This document shows positions 12,051 through 25,293 of a stretch of 64,000 nt of DNA, piece after piece; within the stretch, counting starts at the first letter, position 1, and each line of letters begins with the position of its first letter. This stretch comes from Octopus vulgaris. Its lineage: Eukaryota. The notes beneath the pieces were generated by a model, which saw nothing but the letters and a program-made list of their open reading frames with translations, ran no database searches and was not told the origin of the DNA. Made by a program: the position numbers and the translations under genes. The stretch covers positions 33,852,001-33,916,000 of the forward strand of contig OX597838.1 of the NCBI GenBank assembly GCA_951406725.2. The letters are read 5' to 3'.

Positions 12051-12330
12051 ATCATCATCATCATCGTTTAACGTCCGCTTTCCATGCTAGCATGGGTTGG
12101 ACGATTTGACTGAGGTCTGGCGAACCAGACTCCAATCTGATCTGGCAGAGTTTCTACAGCTGGATGCCCTTCTTAACGCCAACCACTCTGAGAGTGTAGC
12201 GGGTGCTTTTATGTGCCACCGGCACAAGGGCCAGTTTGGTGGTACTAGCAACGGCCACACACAAATGGTGCTTTTTACGTGCCACCTGCACAGGAGCCAG
12301 TCTAGCGGCACTGGCGACGACCTCGCTCGA
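12050..12330 (-). mobile_element. Retroposon family C ((GAT)n tail). Other copies near 12908-13180(-), 21910-22052(-), 30272-30870(-), 32270-32800(-), 58275-58540(-)
   Basis: Shared ggcgttaggaagggcatccagctgtagaaac...ccaacccatgctagcatggaaagcggacgttaaacgatgatgat. Confidence 0.85.
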
Positions 12331-12685
12331 ATGTTTATTTTATTGACCTTTCATTTGTTGTTGACAATGACAGAGTCCACCGTCGTCATATATGTATACG
12401 TATGGTATCAAAGGTGCATGGCTCAGTGGTTAGGGCATTGCGCTTGCAATTTCAAGACTGCATTGTCGATTCTTGGACCAGGTGGTGAATTGTGCTGTTG
12501 CTGCATCCTGTGCACCTGTACAGGTAGTGTCAATACGATGGAGAGAGAGTGAGTTGATAAACAACACAAACAATTGATCGTTATAAACAAAAGCATTTGT
12601 GCATACAGGTTTTTCAGCAAGAAAGTGTGGAGCCCTTTTCTATCATTTACTCTCACACACACACACACACACACATATATATTAC

Positions 12686-12830
12686 AGGGGCCGTTAGCTT
12701 AATGGTACAGAGTGCTCAGCTGGTTTCAGAGAGGTACAGAGTTCGATTCTCCATAGCAACCTGCTGACAACCTTGTATTCAAGATGACGCCCCCCCCCCC
12801 AGCTTGGCCACATTCTAATGGCTGAAACAA
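12686..12830 (+). mobile_element. Short tRNA-derived SINE sharing the family A tail
   Basis: A-box tagcttaatgg, B-box gagttcgattct, 3' ggccacattctaatggctgaaacaag. Confidence 0.6.
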
Positions 12831-13235
12831 GATATATATTCACACACACACACACACACACAAACACACACAAACATGTCAAATGTATTGCTTATTAATT
12901 CACATTCATCATCATCATCATCATTGTTTAACATCCGCTTTCCATGCTGGCATGGGTTGGACGGTTCGACCGGGGATCTGGGAAGCCAGAAGGCTGCACC
13001 AGGCTCCGGTCTTATCTGGCAGTGTTTCTACAGCTGGATGCCCTTCCTAACGCCAACCACTCCGTGAGTGTAGCGGGTGCTTTCTACGTGCCACCTACAC
13101 AGGTGCCAGGCGAGGCTGGCAAACGGCCACGGTCGGATTGGTGTATTTTACCAATCCGACCGTGGCCGTTGCCAGCCTCGTTTTGTAATAAGCATGTATT
13201 AATCTCGTAGCTTTGAGATTTCGATGATGTGATTG

Positions 13236-13800
13236 TTTATTTTCAGAATGACATTGTAGGGTAGGTGTGAGGGGCTGGATCTGGCCAGTTTGAACATCAA
13301 CCACGTTGACTATCTGGGCAGGGTACGGTCAGTTTCAATGCTAAGGGGTTAAAAATCCAACCTTGTTACATTGTATCACAATGATTCCACCTAAGAATTG
13401 CATTAAGGGTACAACTTTAAGGGTACAACTTTATTTTCAGAATGACATTGTAGGGTAGGTGTGAGGGGCTGGATCTGGCCAGTTTGAACATCAACCACGT
13501 TGACTATCTGGGCAGGGTACGGTCAGTTTAAATGCTAAGGGGTTAAAAATCCAACCTTGTTACATTGTATCACAATGATTCCACCTAAGAATTGCATTAA
13601 GGGTACAACTTTAAGGGTACAACTTTATTTTCAGAATGACATTGTAGGGTAGGTGTGAGGGGCTGGATCTGACTAGTTTGAACATCAACCACGTTGACTA
13701 TCTGGGCAGGATACAGTCAGTTTAAATGCTAAGGGGGTTAAAAATCCAACCTTGTTACATTGTATCACAATGATTCCACCTAAGAATTGCATTAAGGGTA
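13236..13800. repeat. Tandem triplication, 194-bp unit
   Basis: tttcagaatgacattgtagggtagg at 13241, 13435 and 13629. Confidence 0.92.
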
Positions 13801-14019
13801 CAGCATGCCTGTGGAATACTCAGCCAGCTACACCCTTGTTGAATGAACAGATGAGTCAGTGAAGCAACTGGATACTCATCATCGATGCTGAGATCCATTT
13901 ACTGCGGAGTAACAAACCCTAACTCCTCCCTCATTGTTAAGTTATTGTTGACTCCCCGTACTCCCTAAGTAGAGGCTCCCTGCCCTTTTCGGTGGGCACC
14001 TTTCTCTCATTTCTGTTTG

Positions 14020-14330
14020 TCACTGCTACCACCACCATTATCACTACTACCACTATCACCACTACTACCACTTCTACTCCCACTACCACCACTTCCACTA
14101 CTACTATTGTTACTATTTGTATATTAACAATACTGTCACCTATGCTACTACTCCCACCACTGTTATTACTATCACCATCTTCCAATGCTGTCGTCACTAC
14201 TGCTGCTGCTACTACTACCTCAAACCTCAACCACTACTATTACCACTGCTACAACTATTACCTCAACCACTACTGCTGCCACTCACCACCACCACCACCA
14301 CCACCCATACCTCCACTACTGCTACTGCTG
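14020..14330. repeat. Degenerate (ACT/ACC)n trinucleotide low-complexity tract
   Basis: Direct inspection. Confidence 0.85.
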
Positions 14331-14437
14331 GTGTTTTACCTTTTTCACCGTTTCATATGCTGGAACACGATCTCTCAGACTCCACCCCCTTATCTGATGC
14401 ATTTCTCATTGACTGTGTCTCTTCTTGATACAGCACA

Positions 14438-15530
14438 AATCCCTCACTGACTCTGCCCCTTATCTGACATATCCCCAGTAGACTCCACCTCTTCTTCACC
14501 TGATACATCCCTCAGTAACTCTGCCTCTTTACTGATCTAACACACATCTCTTAATGATTCTGCCCCTTCTTTAACCACCCATACCTCTACCATACATCCC
14601 TCACTAACTCCGCCCCTTATCTGACATATCCCCAGTAGACTCCACCTCTTCTTCACCTGATACATCCCTCAGTAACTCTGCCTCTTTACTGATCTAACAC
14701 ACATCTCTTAATGATTCTGCCCCTTCTTTAACCACCCATACCTCTACCATACATCCCTCACTAACTCCGCCCCTTATCTGACATATCCCCAGTAGACTCC
14801 ACCTCTTCTTCACCTGATACATCCCTTAGTAACTCTGCCTCTTTACTGATCTAACACACATCTCTTAATGATTCTGCCCCTTCTTTAACCACCCATACCT
14901 CTACCATACATCCCTCACTAACTCCGCCCCTTATCTGACATATCCCCCGTAGACTCCACCTCTTCTTCACCTGATACATCCCTCAGTAACTCTGCCTCTT
15001 TACTGATCTAACACACATCTCTTAATGATTCTGCCCCTTCTTTAACCACCCATACCTCTACCATACATCCCTCACTAACTCCGCCCCTTATCTGACATAT
15101 CCCCCGTAGACTCCACCTCTTCTTCACCTGATACATCCCTCAGTAACTCTGCCTCTTTACTGATCTAACACACATCTCTTAATGATTCTGCCCCTTCTTT
15201 AACCACCCATACCTCTACCATACATCCCTCACTAACTCCGCCCCTTATCTGACATATCCCCCGTAGACTCCACCTCTTCTTCACCTGATACATCCCTCAG
15301 TAACTCTGCCTCTTTACTGATCTAACACACATCTCTTAATGATTCTGCCCCTTCTTTAACCACCCATACCTCTACCATACATCCCTCACTAACTCCGCCC
15401 CTTATCTGACATATCCCCCGTAGACTCCACCTCTTCTTCACCTGATACATCCCTCAGTAACTCTGCCTCTTTACTGATCTAACCACACATACCTCTACCA
15501 TACATCCCTCACTGACTCCACCTCTTATCT
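14438..15530. repeat. Tandem repeat, 157-bp unit, about 7 near-identical copies
   Basis: tatctgacatatcccc at 14461, 14618, 14775, 14932, 15089, 15246 and 15403. Confidence 0.95.
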
Positions 15531-16374
15531 GACACATCTCTTATTGGCTTCACCCCTTATCCAACCTTTTCTTTACCATATTTCTTATGAAAATAAACCA
15601 GCAATTTGGTGGGAGAGAGATAGTTAGTAAAATAACTAACTTCTCTGTTATCAATTTGGGGTTAGGGGACATACCGTAATGTTCTTCCAGAAAACAATAA
15701 TGGAGGGTTTAAACTGAAATAAGAACAATTTCAAATTAAGAGATAAACAGGCAGGTTGGTAGCAAAAAAGGGGGTTAAACAGTTGCTGCAACTCTGTGCT
15801 TTTCTTCAAAATCTCTTCCAAAATTCTGTTGGCCTTGTAATTTCAACATCACCAGACACACAAAAACAAAAATCTATGACAACAAGGGCTCAAAAAGCAT
15901 CCATTGCTCATTATTTTCATGAATTCTATTTCAAGTAATTCTTTAGTGCCTGCCCCCAGAACCTTCGAAGTGCACACAATTGAGGGTTTTTTTTTTTTAT
16001 TCTTTAATGTTGTCTATATGTAAAAATGTGTGGTCCAGTAATTGGGGTGTCACACTCACAGTGGCAATATCATGGGTTCAGTTCCCAGACTGGTGATACA
16101 TTGTGTTCTTGAGCAAAATACTTCATTCCACATTGTTTGGGTCCACTCAATGGGTGACCCAGCCCATCTTTTGTTCAGGAGGAGTGTTGACCTGCTAAGC
16201 AGAGCAGCACTGTTCAAAAGTTACAAAGCGAGGGAATGCATTGTCACCAGCATTGTATAACCACATCTGATAGTCTGATCATTTACATAGTATATCTTAG
16301 GGAGTTGTCAATTTGGCAAAGTCCACCAAATCTCCAATTTTTATTTCAATTTAATAGGCTTCACTCATACTTCC

Positions 16375-16790
16375 ACCATACTGAGGTCCACCTCCTATCT
16401 GACACATTTCTTATTGACTCCACCCCTTTCTTATCCATCCATCCATAAATCCGCTACACATCCCTCACTAACTCCACCTCTTATCTGGCACATCTCTTAA
16501 CTCCACCCCTTTCTTATGCATCCATAAATCCACTACACATCCCTCACTAACTCCACCTCTTATTTGGCACATCTCTTAACTCCACCCTTTTCTTATCCAC
16601 CCATAAATCCACTACACATCCCTCACTAACTCTACCTTTTATTTGACACATCTCTTATTGACTCTGCCCCTTTCTTATCCACCCATACCTCCACACATTC
16701 CTCACTAACTCCATCTCTTACCCAACATAACTCCTTGATTCCACCCCAATCTAGCCCTTTCTTTATCATATTTCTTATGAAAATAACCAA
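16375..16790. repeat. Related tandem repeat, 79-bp unit
   Basis: tccctcactaactc at 16461, 16540 and 16619, with decayed flanking copies. Confidence 0.85.
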
Positions 16791-17789
16791 CCTCCAAGCC
16801 AGCCTTACTGATTCCAGCAGTCCAAGTCAGTATTGGCACACTCCATCACTTTCTAAATCCGATTCCAAAATTCTCCAGTTTTAAAGCTCAGAATAAAATT
16901 CAATTCAACTACTTAATCATATTTACAGGAAGTGAACTCTGTTGCTTTCTGGTAGTTTATAACCTGATGTAGAATGAGGCCAATCTGACTCCCCTCCCCC
17001 ACCAAAAAAAAAGATCTGCCAAGACATATAAGGGGATATATTTTCTCTGGGGTATGCAGCCTGTTGCTCTCTCACCCCTTTCATCTTCTGCTGCTTAATC
17101 CCTCCCTCCCTACTTTTTTTTTTTTTTTTTCTGTTTCTTTGACACATTTGTAGAAGTTTTAAAATATTTTCATTACAAATGACAACTTTTTTTGTTTAAT
17201 TAACCCTTTCACTACAAAATTAAATTTCATGACGATTCCAGTAACGATGATAAATAATCCACCAAAGAAAAAAAAAAGAATAGAATTGCTATTTTCTGCC
17301 AGTCACATTGCCTCAATAAACTTGACATTTGTCAACGAAAAATAGTTTCAAACTTGACAAAAGATAGATTGGTGTATAAAATTTTCAGTAATTAAGACTA
17401 ATGAATTTCTGTAGTAAAAAAGTTAATGAATAATTGCAACAATAATGAAGGTGACTACATTAACGAAATTGATTATGACATTGGTGACATTCCTTATTCT
17501 CTTTATGTCGTTAATTAACTAATTGGATCCCTTTCACAGTGAAATTAAATTTCTATGGTCAATTCAGTAATGATGTTAAAATATCTACCAAAAAATATAG
17601 AATTGGTATTTTCTGCAAGTCCTGTCTCAATAAACTTGACATACCTCAATAGAAAATAGTTTCAAACATGACATTATCAACAAAAGATAGATTTTTACAT
17701 AAAATTGCATTCTGCCATTAAGTTAGAAAATTACTATTTTTAAATCAGCAACAGTACTTCGTAGTAAAGATTGATTGGCAGTCCTGATT

Positions 17790-17989
17790 TAGGACTAATG
17801 TTACTGTAATTTAGCCCCAGGAGACATCATCTCCAGCTGGCTATATAACACAATCTGTGTCCTTATATTTCCAAACAAGAAGTGGGGGGTGCTAGATTCC
17901 CTTGTTTGAAAATATAGGGACACAGATTGTGTTATATAGCCAGCTAGTGACAATGTCTCCTGGGGCTAAATTACAGCAATATTCGTCCT
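17790..17989. repeat. Fold-back element with ~90-bp inverted arms
   Basis: aggactaatgttactgtaatttagccccagg...caaacaag / cttgtttg...cctggggctaaattacagcaatattcgtcct. Confidence 0.85.
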
Positions 17990-18130
17990 AAACCAGGACT
18001 GCCATATTATGTTGGCAAACAATCTTTACTACTGCTGTTAAGTGTAATGAAATTTTATGTGGATATATCTGATTTCTGCAATTAAAGGTAATGAAATTTT
18101 GAATAGCTGTATCTGATTTCTGCAGTAAAA

Positions 18131-18591
18131 GGCGCAGGAGTGGCTGTTTGGTAAGTAGCTTGCTAACCAACCACATGGTTCCGGGTTCAGTCCCACAGCA
18201 TGGCATCTTGGGCAAGTGTCTTCTGCTATAGCCCCAGGCCGACCAATGCCTTGTGAGTGGATTTGGTAGACGGAAACTGAAAGAAGCCTGTCGTATATAT
18301 GTATATATATATATATGTCCAACCCATGCTAGCATGGAAAGCGGACGTTAAATGATGATGATGATGTATGTGTGTGTATATGTTTGTGTGTCTGTGTTTG
18401 TCCCCCTAGCATTGCTTGACAACCGATGCTGGTGTGTTTACGTCCCCGTCACTTAGCGGTTCGGCAAAAAGAGACCAATAGAATAAGTACTGGGCTTACA
18501 AAGAATAAGTCCCGGGGTCGATTTGCTTGACTAAAGGCGGTGCTCCAGCATGGCCACAGTCAAATGACTGAAACAAGTAAAAGAGTAAAAG
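18131..18591 (+). mobile_element. SINE family A with a nested family C tail fragment (about 18317-18365)
   Basis: Full head and tail; ccaacccatgctagcatggaaagcggacgttaaatgatgatg sits inside the internal (TA)n. Confidence 0.88.
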
Positions 18592-18781
18592 GACTAAATT
18601 CTGTTGGTAACTTGGCCAACCTACGAACCCCACCAACCAACCACATAACTCTTTTGCATTCGTTTCCTACGAATTTAAAACCTATCTCATAACACAGATA
18701 CATAGGCATAGCATCTATAAAGCTGCAGCCACCCCTTACTGGATATATCCCTCTTCATGTCTGAAGGTTTCCAGTCATGTA

Positions 18782-18988
18782 GGCACAGGCATGGCTGTGT
18801 GGTTAAGAAGCTTGCTTCCCAACCATGTGGTCTTGGGTTCAGTCCTACTGTGCAGGATCTTGGACAAGGGTCTTCTACTCTAGACCTGCACTGACTAAAA
18901 ATTTTGTGAGTGGACTTGGTAGATGGAAATTGAAAGAAGCTCATTGTGTATGTTTGTGAATGTGCATATGTCTGTGTCTATATATATA

Positions 18989-19045
<57 letters not shown>

Positions 19046-19069
19046 ATATATATATGTATATATATATAT

Positions 19070-19120
<51 letters not shown>

Positions 19121-19550
19121 TGGATAGATAGATAGATATAGGCACAGGAGTGGCTGTGTGGTAAGATGCTTGCTTCTCAACCAGATGGTTCTAGGTCCAG
19201 TCCCACTACGTGGCACCTTGGGCAAATGTCTTCTACTATGGCCTCAGGCTGACCAAAGCCTTGTGAATGGATTTGGTAGACCGAAGCTGAAAGAAGTCTA
19301 TTGTATATATGTGTGTGTGTGTGTGTGCATGTGTGTGTACACGTTTGTGTGTCTGTGTTTGTCCCTCCCAACATCGCTTGACAACCGATGCTGGTGTGTT
19401 TACATCCCCGTAACTTAACGGTTCAGCAAAAGAGGCGGATAGAATATGTACTAGGCTTACAAAGAATAAGTCCTGGGGTCGATTTGCTTGATCAAATGCA
19501 GTGCTCCAGCATAGCCACAGTCAAATGACTGAAACAATTAAAAGAATAAA
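18782..19550 (+). mobile_element. Two SINE family A copies (18782-18945 partial; 19141-19550) separated by (TA)n/(GATA)n
   Basis: Heads ggcacagg(c/a)(a/g)tggctgtgtgg. Confidence 0.8.
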
Positions 19551-19827
19551 TGAATAAACACGGCAAAGGGGCTGCCCCAGCATGACCACAGTCCAATGAC
19601 CGAAACAAAAATAAGAAATAGAAATCACTAGTGCATTTTAATGCTGTGCTTACTTGAGGCTGACCAGTGGCTAATTGAGTGGACGGCAGCAACATAAAGA
19701 ACAGCACTTTGCTCAATGAACTGCCAGGACTGGAGATCAACCCTTCAACATTCTGATCAATAACCCAGTCATCTGACCTCAAGGCCATGCAACATCTTAT
19801 TATATTGATATATATATATATTGATGT

Positions 19828-20245
19828 AAGGCGGCGAGCTGGCAGAGACATTAGCACGCCAGGCGAAGTGCTTCGCGGTATTTCGCCCGTCGCTATGTTT
19901 TGAGTTCAAATTCTGCCAGGGTCGACTTTGCCTTTCATCCTTTCGGGGTCGATAAATTAAGTACCAGTTACGCACTGGGGCCGATGTAATCGACATAATC
20001 CGTTTGTCTGTCCTTGTTTGTCCCCTCTATGTTTAGCCCCTTGTGGGTAATAAAGAAATAAGTATTTCGCCCGCCGTTACGTTGTGAGTTCAAATTCCGC
20101 CAAGGTCGACTTTGCCTTTCATCCTTTCGGGGGTCGATAAATTAAGTACCAGTTACGCACTGGGGCCGATGTAATCGACTTAATCCGTTTGTCTGTCCTT
20201 GTTTGTCCCCTCTGTGTTTAGCCCCTTGTGGGTAGTAAAGAAACA
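19828..20245 (+). mobile_element. SINE family B long-tail type, with a tandem partial second copy
   Basis: Tail ...gtttagccccttgtgggtagtaaagaaa; the second unit restarts at gtatttcgcccg (about 20062). Confidence 0.88.
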
Positions 20246-20577
20246 TATATATATTGATATATGTACATATGTATGTTTGTAAGTATATGCAAATTGAAAA
20301 CAGATATTCAAAATGTTACCAGCAAACAGTACCGAAAACCAATTTATTCTTTTTGACTGTTGATAATTTATTCTAATATTTTTTTTTTTTCATTTTCTCT
20401 TGGCAGTTTTTTATTTTCCATTTTTCAATATCATATTGTAACAGAATGAATTTATAATCTATTTTTATTGTTTGACGCGATGGTTTTCATCACACTTTGT
20501 TTCATCTCCTTCTCTCTCTCTCATCATCATCGTTTAATGTTCGTTTTTCCATGCTAGCATGGGTTGGACGATTTGAC

Positions 20578-20850
20578 TGAGTTCAATTCCAGGTGACGCG
20601 GTGTGTCCTTGAGCAAGACTCTTTATTTCACATTGCTCCAGTCCACGCAGCTGGCAAAAATGTGTAGTACCTGTATTACAAAGGGCCAGCCTTATTACAT
20701 TCTGTGTCATGCTGAATTTCCCTCAGAACTATATTAAGGGTGCACATGTCTACGGAGGGCTCAGCCACCTGTACCTTAATTTCACAAGCAAGCCGTTCTT
20801 TTGATCCGATCAACTGGAACCTTTGTCATCATAACTGAAGGAGTGCCAGT
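20578..20850 (+). mobile_element. CORE-like SINE family E. Other copies near 43230-43800(-), 53115-53405(-), 16025-16310, 60085-60330
   Basis: gtgtccttgagcaag...cacattgctccagtccac.cagctggcaaaaa shared among copies. Confidence 0.75.
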
Positions 20851-21084
20851 TATATATATATGTGGGTGTATATATATATATATATATATTATATTAAATT
20901 AGAGATAAAACCACTATTAGGCAAATCAAACAGTGAAAATCATAAGCCAATACTTAGAAATAAAATTAATTAATAAAATATATAAAAAATATAAAATATA
21001 AAATATAAAATTCCAAATAAAAATATTTAAATTAAAGTTAAGATTTAAAAATTATTTAAATTAATAATTTAAACTTATAAATTT

Positions 21085-21128
<44 letters not shown>

Positions 21129-21477
21129 ATTATTTATTTATTTTTTTTTAATTACATAACTATCAAAAAGTATTAAAAGTTTAATATAATATATATATTG
21201 AGAGAGAGAGTGGAAGAGAGAGAGAGTGAAAGAGAGAGAGAGAGAGAGAGAAAGGCAGTTATGGCCTGTTCATAGGGTTACCCAAGATTCACATCCATAA
21301 AGCATTTACCAGCCATTAGGGTCTGATGAGGCGTATGTAAAGCTAAGCATTTTGTGGCCACAACACCCTGGGTAACCCTATGAACCAGCCATAACTATCT
21401 TTCTCTAAATAACCCTACTGTTTTATAACTTAGAGTGTACTTCTCTCTCGAATTTATGATTTACTGATAGCATATAA

Positions 21478-21574
<97 letters not shown>

Positions 21575-21875
21575 GGTATGGATGTAGGTAAAAGCACAAG
21601 TTTATATCATTTGTTCCCTGCGTATGTTTCACCTTTGTGGCTATTTAGTTGTCCCACTGTAATGGACGTGCCAAGTATAACTGGATATTGAGCCGCAACA
21701 GATCATCATTATGTTACAGAAATCAATTGTCTAAACTCAACAGTAGAAAGAACGTGGTAAATAATAGAGAGAGCTAGATCGATGGTGACCCGATATGAGA
21801 GTAGGAAATTTGTAGATCAAAGAGTTGAATTATATGTGTGTGTGTGTGTGTTTGTGTGTATATACATATACATAC

Positions 21876-21913
<38 letters not shown>

Positions 21914-22098
21914 TCATCTTCATCATTGATGTCGTTTAGCATCTGCTTTCCATGCTGGCAGGGGTTGGACAGAGGACTGAGGACTAGCAAGCCAGGAGAC
22001 TGCACCAGGCTCCAGTCTGATTTGCCATGGTTTCTACAGCTGGATGCCCTTCCTATATATATATATATATATACACACACAAACACACACACGCACAC

Positions 22099-22130
<32 letters not shown>

Positions 22131-22713
22131 ATATACATATCTATCTATCTATCTATATATGTATATATATATATACACATACACACACATACATATGCAT
22201 TATAATTAAAAAGGTAAATCCCCAAGATGATTTATGGTGGTCTGTGTTAGGCAATTTTTTTTTTATGGGAAAAAATATAAGTTTTATTTTTTTAAGTTCG
22301 TTGAGAGAAGAATTTTCTGATTTTTCTGATATTTTGATAGATGAAGGACACATGCAAAAAAAAAAAAGAATTTACTTTTTCTCTCTCTGATGAAGGGCTC
22401 AGTCTGAAATTTCCGGAAATTTTTCTCTGAACAATATACTACTATGAACTTAGTAAATCTTATATGCATATACATATATAATAATAATAATAATAGTAGG
22501 GAATATAATTCCAAATTTACAGGGAAAAATTCAATTTAGCAATTCCAAATCAAATTTCACAATATATAATATATGTATATAATTTGGAGAAAAACCTCTA
22601 TTAAGCAATTCAATAGTGAAAGATGTTATTCCCTCCATATAGAAAAAATAAATATGCTATAAAAACCTTATTCTAAAAATCATTAAAATACATAAACAAT
22701 AAATAGTAAATAG

Positions 22714-23110
22714 TAGGAGTGGCTGTGTGGTAAGTAGCTTGCTAACCAACCACATGGTTCCGGGTTCAGTCCCACTGCGTGGCATCTTGGGCAAGTGTCT
22801 TCTGCTATAGCCCCAGGCCGACCAATGCCTTGTGAGTGGATTTGGTAGACGGAAACTGAAAGAAGCCTGTCGTATATATATGTATATATATATTTGTATG
22901 TGTGTGTTTGTGTGTCTGTGTTTGTCCCCCTAGCATTGCTTGACAACCGATGCTGGTGTGTTTACGTCCCCGTCACTTAGCGGTTCAGCAAAAAGAGACC
23001 GTTAGAATAAGTACTGGGCTTACAAAGAATAAGACCCGGGGTCGATTTGCTCGACTAAAGGCAGTGCTCCAGCATGGCCGCAGTCAAATGACTGAAACAA
23101 GTAAAAGAGT
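22714..23110 (+). mobile_element. SINE family A
   Basis: Near-identical to the 18131 copy. Confidence 0.9.
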
Positions 23111-23452
23111 AGTAAATAGACTACGCGTGTTTCGTGGCTATATTTTCAAATAGATAATAATAATAAAATCAATTCAATTCAAAATCAAATCGATCTAAAA
23201 TTAATTCTACTTAAAAATATGGTCACTCATAATTAAATATATAAAGTGAGGCACAGTAACATGCAACACACAACCAGAATTGAACTCAGTAGTGGACACC
23301 ACAATCCACTCCAGTATCCAATATAATACAGTGCGGCAAAACCAAACTCTGCTTAGGGTAGTGTGACGAAACACGTGTATGTCCTATAAAGCTTTGACTA
23401 CAACACCAGTTTTCTGTTCATTATTTCATACATATATATATATATGTGATTA

Positions 23453-23655
23453 AAAATGTGACCGCGTGTGTACCGTTGGTGATTTTTTTCCCTCTGTGTT
23501 CCATTCCTCGGATCTTTCCTTTCTGACGAAGAGCTCCACTCGAAACGTTAATCCTCCTTTCTTGCCTTTCCTGAGCGTCCAATAACACTATACTCGTTCC
23601 ACGTCCTTGCGTTGTTGTGTTTTCTCTTTGTGTTTTGATGTTTGGATTAACTTTA
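23453..23655 (+). mobile_element. Short TA-flanked hammerhead-bearing element (copy 2 of 3)
   Basis: CTGACGA-A-GAGC-tcc-ACTC-GAAA-CG-TT at 23523-23549. Confidence 0.75.
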
Positions 23656-24678
23656 TATATAAAACATTTTTAAGGATTTATATATGAACGGGAATATGAA
23701 ACTCTGAGTAAGAGCTTTTGTTAGATTTTCTGCTGCTTTTAAATAAAGTATATATATATATATATATAAATACATTATTGATCACACAGGCTCATTGTAT
23801 GTACTTTGTTTGTTATGATTTAGCATGGTGGGGATGGCTCCCTCAGATGGTGTGTTTACGTCCCCGTAACTTAGCGGTTCGGAAAAAGAGACTGATAGAA
23901 TAAGTACTAGGCTTACAAAGAATAAGTCCTGGGGTCGATTTGCTTGACTAAAGGCAGTGCTCCAGCATGGCCACAGTCAAAACGACTGAAACAAGTAAAA
24001 GGGTAAAAGAATATAATGTTTGTGATTTCAGACATAGAGAGGCACTTATTCAGACTTGAATCAAAGGTGTGCTGTCACATTGCGTGTCTTCCAAACCTTG
24101 TTTTCTGGCTTATATCAGGCCCTGTCTGTTCCCACTGTACTCTCTCTCTCTCTCTCTCTCTCTCTTTTTCCATCACTACTCCTTTGCCCCTTACCTTTGC
24201 TTACCTCTACTCTTGCCAATCACTCCCTTCCCAGCATCATATCCCCACCTTCTTTCCATTACACCCTCTTTTCACCCACCTCAATCACCTGACCAAATGT
24301 ACACACAATAGGTAATCAACCACTTACTTTTCTCCACTGAACCCCTTACTCTGCTCTCAAATACCCATTTCTGGCCTTTCTGTCATCATTGGTCCCATTT
24401 CTTTTTCTACTTTGGTCTACACATTTTAGGATACTGAATATACTTTCATTTACATTTAACTGTGTATAAGGGGATCCCTCCACCCTTCACCACATGTACA
24501 TGCTGTAAAGTGGTAGGTTAAATGGGCACAGAGAAAACATAGGGTTACGATGGCCCTCTAGTCTTGTCTCATTGAGGACTATTCGACCTCTCTTGTTTTG
24601 GTGCCATGAGAAAACACATTTAGTAAACTCTGTAAAGTGGTTGGCAACAGGAAGGGCATTCATTTATAGGAAGCAAGC

Positions 24679-24772
24679 CAAATGACATATACCCGTTCCA
24701 AATGACACATACCTGTTCCAAATGACACATACCAGTTCCAAATGACGCATACCAGTTCCAAATGACACATAC
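24679..24772. repeat. 20-bp minisatellite (caaatgacacataccagttc), about 4.7 copies
   Basis: Direct tandem copies with no spacers. Confidence 0.9.
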
Positions 24773-24994
24773 AAACCCTAAACAAAACAGAATTTCTTGC
24801 TATGTGACATTTCTAGCAACCAATTTTTTTTTATCTTTCGTTATGTCAGCTGAAGGATTGCCATTATGCGAAACTCAGAAAACAACAAAACGGATCATTG
24901 GCATTGAACGAATAAGTAAATTTTATTTGCTGAGTACCTTTTTTTTTACCATTTAAACATCCAAACATATATATGTATATGTGTGTGTGTGTGC

Positions 24995-25047
<53 letters not shown>

Positions 25048-25073
25048 TATTATATATATATTTATATATATTC

Positions 25074-25293
25074 AAAATGTGACTGCGTGTGTTTCGTTGG
25101 CGATTTTTTCCTCCGTCTTCTCTTCTTTGGATCTTTCCTTTTCCTATGTTTCTGACGAAGAGCTCCGCTCGAAACGTTAAACCCTCCTTCTTTCCTTCTT
25201 TCCTGAGCATCCAATAATACTATACTTGTTCCATTGTTCCACGTCCTTGCGTTGTTGTGTTTTCTCTTTGTGTTTTCATGTTTGGATTAACTT
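25074..25293 (+). mobile_element. Short TA-flanked hammerhead-bearing element (copy 3 of 3, intact core)
   Basis: Homologous to the 9488 and 23453 copies; inserted in (TA)n. Confidence 0.78.
25148..25182 (+). ncRNA. Putative minimal type I hammerhead ribozyme (Penelope-like)
   Basis: gttt-CTGACGA-A-GAGC(tcc)GCTC-GAAA-CG-TT-aaac: stem I gttt/aaac, intact core, stem II, palindromic ACGT helix III. Confidence 0.68.

Noticed and set aside
13992-14450. Thr/Pro-rich mucin-like ORFs
   Set aside because: Degenerate trinucleotide tract open in several frames, with no splice or homology support.
21323-22430. CTGATGA hits at 21323 and 22387 as working ribozymes
   Set aside because: The downstream GAAA, helix III or stem pairing is decayed; they are kept only as possible relics.
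24679-24772. CRISPR-like short repeats (also 35221-35335 and 1-210)
   Set aside because: Directly tandem with no unique spacers, no cas genes, and a eukaryotic context.
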